From an uncultured delta proteobacterium (GTDB lineage Bacteria > Bdellovibrionota > FAC87 > UBA2466): DNA of 64,000 nt. Of the stretch, positions 58,369 through 64,000 are shown piece by piece. The position numbers and the translations under genes were made by a program. The first letter of the stretch is position 1, and each line of letters opens with the position of its first letter. The notes beneath the pieces were generated by a model. That model had not been told where the DNA came from. It made no database searches and worked only from the letters and a program-made list of their open reading frames with translations. The stretch is taken from positions 2,432,001-2,496,000 of the forward strand of contig CAVZSV010000004.1 of assembly GCA_963778115.1 (NCBI GenBank). The letters are read 5' to 3'.

Positions 58369-61300
58369 CGAGGGGGTTCTCCTGATTCTCCGGTCTGTCC
58401 CACCGAAAAGTAAACGGCCTTAGGGTGATGGAAAACCAACGCCGAAACACTCGCTTCGGGCTCCATCATATCTCCTTCAGTGAGTTTTACGCCTATATCT
58501 AAAGGTCGAAGGATTTGGAATAGCTTCTGTTGGTCTGCCAGATTGGGACAAGCGGGATATCCAAAAGAATACCTTTTTCCGTGGTACTTGGCTTGGAACC
58601 GTTCAAGCATCGTCATCTCTGGTTGATCAGGGAAGCCCCAGATACGCCGGATTTGAGAGTGTAGAAATTCAGCGTAGCCTTCAGCTGACTCTAGAGCCAG
58701 GGCTTGGATGACGTGCGATTTTAAATATTCACCACGGTTCTTGAAATCCTCGGAAACGGCGCGGATGCCTTTGCCGACACTTACCAGAAAAAAGGCAACG
58801 TTATCGTTTTTCGCGAGGTCGAAATCGACGTAATCAGCGAGACAAAGCCTGTGGTCTTTCGCTTGACGGGGAAATTCAAAAGTAACCAGGGGCGACTCAC
58901 CTGATTTCGGATTCCCTTCATACAAATGGATCTTATTGACCTCGGATCGGGCCCGGAAAAACTGCCATACCGCCGACGGCTTCATGTAATGCGTGTTTCG
59001 ATAAGTCTCTTTAAGTTCTTCCACTGCTTCCCAGATAGCATAGGCCTTGGGCTCCGTATCGCGAACCTTGGAAAGAGCGCTTCGATCGTTGGCCGCTTGA
59101 GTGAGCAGACGAACAATATGTCCCTGAATCCCCAGGTGTCTTCCGTACAACATCATGGGGTTGATGAAGGGCCAGATCTGCTCGATCTTGGGCGATTCTA
59201 GCCAGATATGTCTGTCGTAATCTTGCGGCTTCGGGATATTTTCCACACGAGGAACATGGGGCGAACGCACATCGGGGGCTTCCGATCGAATCGGCTGCAC
59301 AGCAGCAGGGGCCACTTCCAATTTCGCTCGCTTGTCAGCCAGCTGCTTCTTGAGAGCTTCGAACTGATCCGGATCAACGATACTCTTGGCCAGATCGAGA
59401 CCCGCCATGGCATCTTGTGCGTAGGCTACCGTTCCGGTGTTATAGACTCGGGCGATTTGGCGATCGACGAAATTTGAGGAAAGGGCGGCTCCTCCGACGA
59501 GGATCGGAGTCGTGATTCCTGCTTTGGCAAAATCGTCTGCAGTGGCCACCATCTGTTGAGCGCTTTTCACTAAAAGCCCCGACAGTCCTACGATGTTGGG
59601 TTTATGTTCGGCGATAGCCCGAATTAGCTCTTCCGGGGGAACTTTGATCCCTAAGTTGACGACATGGAAACCGTTGTTCGACAAAATTATCTCAACTAAA
59701 TTTTTCCCGATGTCATGGACGTCGCCCTTTACTGTGGCGAGTAATACTTTGCCGCGGATGCTGCTCTCGTTTTTCTCCATGAACGGCTCTAGGTGAGCGA
59801 CGGCTGATTTCATAGCCTCCGCCGATTGCAAAACCTCCGCCACAATGAGCTTATTTAAATTAAAGAGACGACCTACCTCGTCCATCCCTTTCATAAGGGG
59901 GCCGTTGATGATCTCAAGAGGACGGCGGGTTTTTAGCGCTTCTGCTAAATCTTCCACCAATCCATCTTTGGATCCTTCGATAATGTAACTAGCTAGTCTT
60001 TCGTCAAGAGGGATAGAGGCTTTGTCTTTTTTTATTTGCAGCTTGCGGTGTCTAAAATGAGCGGCGAAGTTGGCCACGGCGTTTGGATTTCGGTTAAATA
60101 GCAAATCATCGGCGATAGTCTTCTCTTCTTCCGGAATGCTGGCATAGCGCTCTAGCTTTTCCGAATTCACGATGGCGAGATCGAGACCGGCCTGTACACA
60201 GTGGTAAAGAAAAACGGAGTTAAGAACCTCTCGTCCGGCCCCAGGTAATCCGAAGCTAACGTTAGAGATTCCAAGAATCGTTTTGGTGAGGGGAAACTTT
60301 GCTTTAATGAGCCGAATTCCTTCGATCGTTTCGACTGCTGAGCCCACGTATTGGACATCTCCGGTACCACAAGGAAACACCAAAGGATCCCAATAAATAT
60401 CGGTAGGAGAAATTCCGTACTTGCTGGTCAAAAGGTCGTACGACCTTTCGGCTATGGCAAGCTTTCTTCCTCGGGTAACACCCATTCCTTGGGCGGGATC
60501 TTCATCGATCGTCCCCACCACAAGAGCCGCTCCAAATTTCTTGGCGAGCGGAACTACTTTTTCAAAACGCTCTTCTCCATCTTCCAGGTTGATGGAATTG
60601 ATAATGGATTTTCCCTGGCAGTAGGTGAGAGCCATTTCGATAACTCGATCATCGGTCGAGTCGATCATCAGAGGAGCCTTGGTCTTTTTGATGACCATAT
60701 CGAGAAACCGGCGCATGTCTTCAAACTCATCCCGATCGGGATTGGCTAAACAGATATCTATAATGTGCGCCCCATTTTTCACCTGCCCTCGGGCGACTTC
60801 GGCGGCGTCATCAAACTTTTCTTCACAAATGAGAGTCTTAAATTTCTTGCTTCCGATAACGTTCGAACGCTCCCCTACGATTACGGGTCGCATTTCGTCG
60901 GTGATCTCCAAGTACTCGATTCCGGATAGAGAGGATCGGAGGACGGGAATTGCCACTCTTGGTTTCTTACCCTTTGCGAGATCGGAATAGGCCTCGGTGT
61001 GAGCGCAAACGGTTCCGCAGCAGCCGCCAATAAGATTGATCCATCCATGGTCGATAAATCGAGAAAGAACAGCCGACACCATTTCGGGGGTCTCTAAGTA
61101 ACACCCGTTCTCATCCGGTAAGCCGGCATTAGGAACACATGAAACTCGAAAAGGCGAAATGGCGGCAAGCGTACGGATATGGTCCGTCATGAATTCAGGA
61201 CCGGTGGCGCAATTAAGTCCCAAGTAAAGAAGATCAAAGTGGGCGAGGGAGGCAACTAAGGCTTCCACCGTCTGTCCGGCTAGCATCGTTCCCATGGGTT

Positions 61301-61940
61301 CTATCGTTCCTGAAACCGCGACCGGAATTTTCTCTTTCCTCTCCTCGAAGAGTCTTTGGATGCCGAACATTCCTGCTTTTACATTTCGGGTGTCTTGGCA
61401 AGTTTCCAGCAATAAATAGTCAGCTCCGCCATCGAATAGCCCTCTGGCTATTTCGTAAAAGGTGTCGATGAGCTTTTCGAAAGTGATTCCCCCCGTCACG
61501 GAGATGGCTTTCGTGGTAGGTCCTATGGATCCTGCGACGAAACGAGGCTTGTCAGCAGTGGAGTAACCCTCCGCCACTTCTCTAGCGATCCGACAGGCAG
61601 CCACATTGATTTCATATGCTTTGGATGCCAATTGGTACTCGTCTAAGACGATGGGCATTCCTCCAAAAGTATTGGTTTCGATAATGTCGCAGCCGGCTTT
61701 CAGGTGAGATTCATGAATCGAACGAAGGATATCGGGTCGAGTCAGATTTAGGTTCTCATTACAGCCTTCGTACTGCGCTCCTCCAAAGTCGCTGGCCGTT
61801 AGATTCTTATCCTGAATGGCGGTTCCCATGGCGCCGTCGAGCACCAAGATTCTGCTTGCAAGAGCTTCGGTCAAAGTCTTCGTGCGTTTGAGGCGGTCGG
61901 TGCTGGAAAAAAATGGCTTATTTTTGGATTCACTGTCCAT
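58365..61940 (-). CDS. metH: Cobalamin-dependent methionine synthase
   Basis: LDGAMGT, GLNCATGP, GGCCGT, GERSN, KGDVHDIGKNLV, SGLL, RYSFGYPACP. Confidence 0.97.
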   Translation of the reverse strand: MDSESKNKPFFSSTDRLKRTKTLTEALASRILVLDGAMGTAIQDKNLTASDFGGAQYEGCNENLNLTRPDILRSIHESHLKAGCDIIETNTFGGMPIVLDEYQLASKAYEINVAACRIAREVAEGYSTADKPRFVAGSIGPTTKAISVTGGITFEKLIDTFYEIARGLFDGGADYLLLETCQDTRNVKAGMFGIQRLFEERKEKIPVAVSGTIEPMGTMLAGQTVEALVASLAHFDLLYLGLNCATGPEFMTDHIRTLAAISPFRVSCVPNAGLPDENGCYLETPEMVSAVLSRFIDHGWINLIGGCCGTVCAHTEAYSDLAKGKKPRVAIPVLRSSLSGIEYLEITDEMRPVIVGERSNVIGSKKFKTLICEEKFDDAAEVARGQVKNGAHIIDICLANPDRDEFEDMRRFLDMVIKKTKAPLMIDSTDDRVIEMALTYCQGKSIINSINLEDGEERFEKVVPLAKKFGAALVVGTIDEDPAQGMGVTRGRKLAIAERSYDLLTSKYGISPTDIYWDPLVFPCGTGDVQYVGSAVETIEGIRLIKAKFPLTKTILGISNVSFGLPGAGREVLNSVFLYHCVQAGLDLAIVNSEKLERYASIPEEEKTIADDLLFNRNPNAVANFAAHFRHRKLQIKKDKASIPLDERLASYIIEGSKDGLVEDLAEALKTRRPLEIINGPLMKGMDEVGRLFNLNKLIVAEVLQSAEAMKSAVAHLEPFMEKNESSIRGKVLLATVKGDVHDIGKNLVEIILSNNGFHVVNLGIKVPPEELIRAIAEHKPNIVGLSGLLVKSAQQMVATADDFAKAGITTPILVGGAALSSNFVDRQIARVYNTGTVAYAQDAMAGLDLAKSIVDPDQFEALKKQLADKRAKLEVAPAAVQPIRSEAPDVRSPHVPRVENIPKPQDYDRHIWLESPKIEQIWPFINPMMLYGRHLGIQGHIVRLLTQAANDRSALSKVRDTEPKAYAIWEAVEELKETYRNTHYMKPSAVWQFFRARSEVNKIHLYEGNPKSGESPLVTFEFPRQAKDHRLCLADYVDFDLAKNDNVAFFLVSVGKGIRAVSEDFKNRGEYLKSHVIQALALESAEGYAEFLHSQIRRIWGFPDQPEMTMLERFQAKYHGKRYSFGYPACPNLADQQKLFQILRPLDIGVKLTEGDMMEPEASVSALVFHHPKAVYFSVGQTGESGEPPR

Positions 61941-61949
61941 GAGAACTTT

Positions 61950-63866
61950 TTATTCCACGGTTACGCTTTTGGCGAGGTTTCTCGGCTTGTCGACGTCAGT
62001 CCCCCGGAAAGAGGCGATATAATAAGCCAACAGCTGCATAGGGATACTAAGCAGAACGGGATTTAAAGCCCATGTGGCCGAAGGAATCGAGACGAACTCC
62101 GAGGAATAGTCCTTAAGCTTGGTGTCTTTCTCTGAGCCTACCGAAATGATCCTTCCTCCTCGTGCTTTCACCTCTTGAAGGTTACTTATCTGTTTTTCAT
62201 AGAGCGTTTGGTGCTGAGCGGAATCACTGGCCAATTCGCTTTCTGAATTAGAGTTGGGATCCGAAGCCACCATCCCCATGTTGTGATAGGGGGTGTCGAG
62301 CGTCGCTAGAGAGATAATGACAGTCTTTCGGTCTATAAGGGCAATAGGTCCGTGCTTCAATTCTCCGGCGGGATAACCTTCGGCCAAAATGTAACTAATC
62401 TCCTTTAGCTTCAAAGCTCCTTCTAAGGCGATCGGGTAGTTGATCCCTCGAGCCATGTAAAAGAAGAAAACATCGGGATGATGCTCCAGCGCTATCGCTT
62501 CAATGGCTTTTTCGGTCTCTAGAGTTCTATCCACCAAGAGCGGCAGCCTTCGTAAGTCATCCGCCAATTCGCGGGCTTGGGCTTCGTTGAGGTGTCCGTT
62601 AACGAATCCTAACTGTACGGAAAGCATATAAAGCACAGTGAGTTGAGTGGTAAACGCTTTGGTCGATGCCACTCCGATCTCAGGACCGGCGTCCGTATAA
62701 AGCACGACATCGGATTCTCGGGCCAACGTACTTTCACGGACGTTACAAATAGAGAGGGTACGAATTCCTTTTCGCTTGGCTTCACGAAGGGCCGCAAGGG
62801 TATCGGCGGTCTCTCCCGATTGAGAGATCGTGACCACTAATGTCCCTTTATCCATGATGGGATCTCGATAACGAAATTCGGAAGCAAAATCGACATCGAC
62901 GGCGATTCCGGAGAAGCGCTCTAAGTAGTATTTCCCGACGAGACCCGCGTGTCGGGCAGTGCCACAAGCGACAATCACGATTCTGTTGACCTGACGAAGT
63001 TCATCAGGAGAAAGGGTCATTTCGGCCAGAGCGATAACACTGTGACAGGGATCGACATTTCCCTCAATCGTGTTCGCGATTGCCTGAGACTGCTCATGAA
63101 TCTCTTTGAGCATGTAATGGCGGTAACCAAGCTTGTCCATCTGGTCGGGAGTCCAATCGATAGTCTTAATTTCGGGAACGACTCTTTCCCCTTTTATCGT
63201 TCGTATCTCGACGTGATTTTGGTAGCAGAGCGCAAACTGCTGATCGTTCAAATAAATGATCTTATTGGTGCGATTAAGAATAGCTTGAACATCCGAGGCG
63301 AGATACGAAGCATCGTCTCCCAACCCAACCAAGAGAGGGGCTCCATTTCGGATACCGGCCATTACCCCTGGCTCTTTGTCGTTCATGACGACAAAGGCGT
63401 AAGAGCCTCTTAGTCGAGGAAGAATATTGTAAATGGCCTTTTCCAAACTTCTTCCGGCTTGGACCTCTAGGTCAAAAAGATGGGCAACGATTTCCGAATC
63501 GGTTTCGCTTTTTATTTCACGCCCCATTACCTCTAAGGCCTCTTTGTGGTCCGCATAATTTTCGATAATTCCGTTATGGACTAAAGTAATCGAACCGACT
63601 CGGTGGGGATGCGCGTTGATCTCGGTGGGGGCTCCATGCGTTGCCCATCGAGTGTGACCGATTCCCATGGTCCCCATAAAGCGGTGCCCCTCGAGCTTTT
63701 TTTCCAAATTGAAGATTCTCCCCTCAGCTCGGAAAAGATCCACCTGACCCTGTTCCATGACCGCGATTCCCGCTGAATCGTAGCCCCGATATTCAAGGCG
63801 CTTCAAGCCATCAAGCAAAACATTTTTTGGGTTTTCAGTGCCGATATATCCGATAATTCCGCACAC
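61950..63866 (-). CDS. glmS: Glutamine--fructose-6-phosphate transaminase
   Basis: MCGIIG, LEYRGYDSAG, GHTRWATHG, SQSGETADT, DVDKPRNLAKSVTVE. Confidence 0.98.
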   Translation of the reverse strand: MCGIIGYIGTENPKNVLLDGLKRLEYRGYDSAGIAVMEQGQVDLFRAEGRIFNLEKKLEGHRFMGTMGIGHTRWATHGAPTEINAHPHRVGSITLVHNGIIENYADHKEALEVMGREIKSETDSEIVAHLFDLEVQAGRSLEKAIYNILPRLRGSYAFVVMNDKEPGVMAGIRNGAPLLVGLGDDASYLASDVQAILNRTNKIIYLNDQQFALCYQNHVEIRTIKGERVVPEIKTIDWTPDQMDKLGYRHYMLKEIHEQSQAIANTIEGNVDPCHSVIALAEMTLSPDELRQVNRIVIVACGTARHAGLVGKYYLERFSGIAVDVDFASEFRYRDPIMDKGTLVVTISQSGETADTLAALREAKRKGIRTLSICNVRESTLARESDVVLYTDAGPEIGVASTKAFTTQLTVLYMLSVQLGFVNGHLNEAQARELADDLRRLPLLVDRTLETEKAIEAIALEHHPDVFFFYMARGINYPIALEGALKLKEISYILAEGYPAGELKHGPIALIDRKTVIISLATLDTPYHNMGMVASDPNSNSESELASDSAQHQTLYEKQISNLQEVKARGGRIISVGSEKDTKLKDYSSEFVSIPSATWALNPVLLSIPMQLLAYYIASFRGTDVDKPRNLAKSVTVE

Positions 63867-63937
63867 GTAGGGCCTCCTAAGAGAGTTTTCTTCCCGTTAT
63901 CATACTTAGAAACCGGTCATTGAAACGACGCCTATTC

Positions 63938-64000
63938 TCAGGGAGCTCCAAGAATAGACCGAATTGCCGCAACCACTTCCCATTGTATTTCCGCAGTGAT
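63938..64000 (-). CDS. Truncated 3' end of an upstream gene (ITAEIQWEVVAAIRSILGAP*)
   Basis: Open frame running off the window edge. Loosely resembles the final helix of DegT-type aminotransferases. Confidence 0.35.
   Translation of the reverse strand: MTAEIQWEVVAAIRSILGAP

Noticed and set aside
61941..61949. Cobalamin or SAM riboswitch before metH
   Set aside because: Only 9 bp separate glmS and metH.
63867..64000. glmS ribozyme upstream of glmS
   Set aside because: Only about 70 bp separate glmS from the upstream stop, and no ribozyme core was recognised.
1..64000. tRNA, rRNA, prophage or known defence genes
   Set aside because: None recognised by eye; a tRNAscan/Rfam/defence-system scan would be needed to exclude them formally.

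Overview
Bacterial chromosomal window. Gene order (cdnL/carD-ispD-ispF-cysS, maf-yggS-divIVA, short tsf) suggests a deltaproteobacteria-like or Bdellovibrionota-like organism, which is an inference. Most of it is housekeeping: uvrC, rpsB-tsf-pyrH-frr-uppS-cdsA-dxr-rseP, phoH, lepA-lepB, cysS/ispF/ispD/carD, aspS/hisS, trxB, an LPS/surface-polysaccharide cluster (rmlD, epimerases, DegT aminotransferase, kdsA-kdsD-gmhB, wzm-wzt, GT2, gmhA), metH and glmS. An accessory stretch at about 27-35 kb holds secreted and outer-membrane proteins plus decayed mobile DNA. The most interesting object is an IS110-family, IS1111-type element (30169-31377). Its transposase is broken, but its downstream non-coding end can be read as a two-loop bridge/seekRNA. 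The guide segments match the element's own ends and the palindromic REP-like repeat it inserted into. A second copy of that repeat carries a 19-bp mostly palindromic insert at the same position. Other notable items: a MesB-like core methionine synthase coupled to metH, a 3x19-aa Cys-repeat secreted peptide, a pilin-like protein without a prepilin signal, a stand-alone FTP/PepSY propeptide and a degenerate Fic-like protein. Single-base frameshifts in lepA and carD are probably sequencing errors. All calls come from motif recognition by eye; no database search was run.
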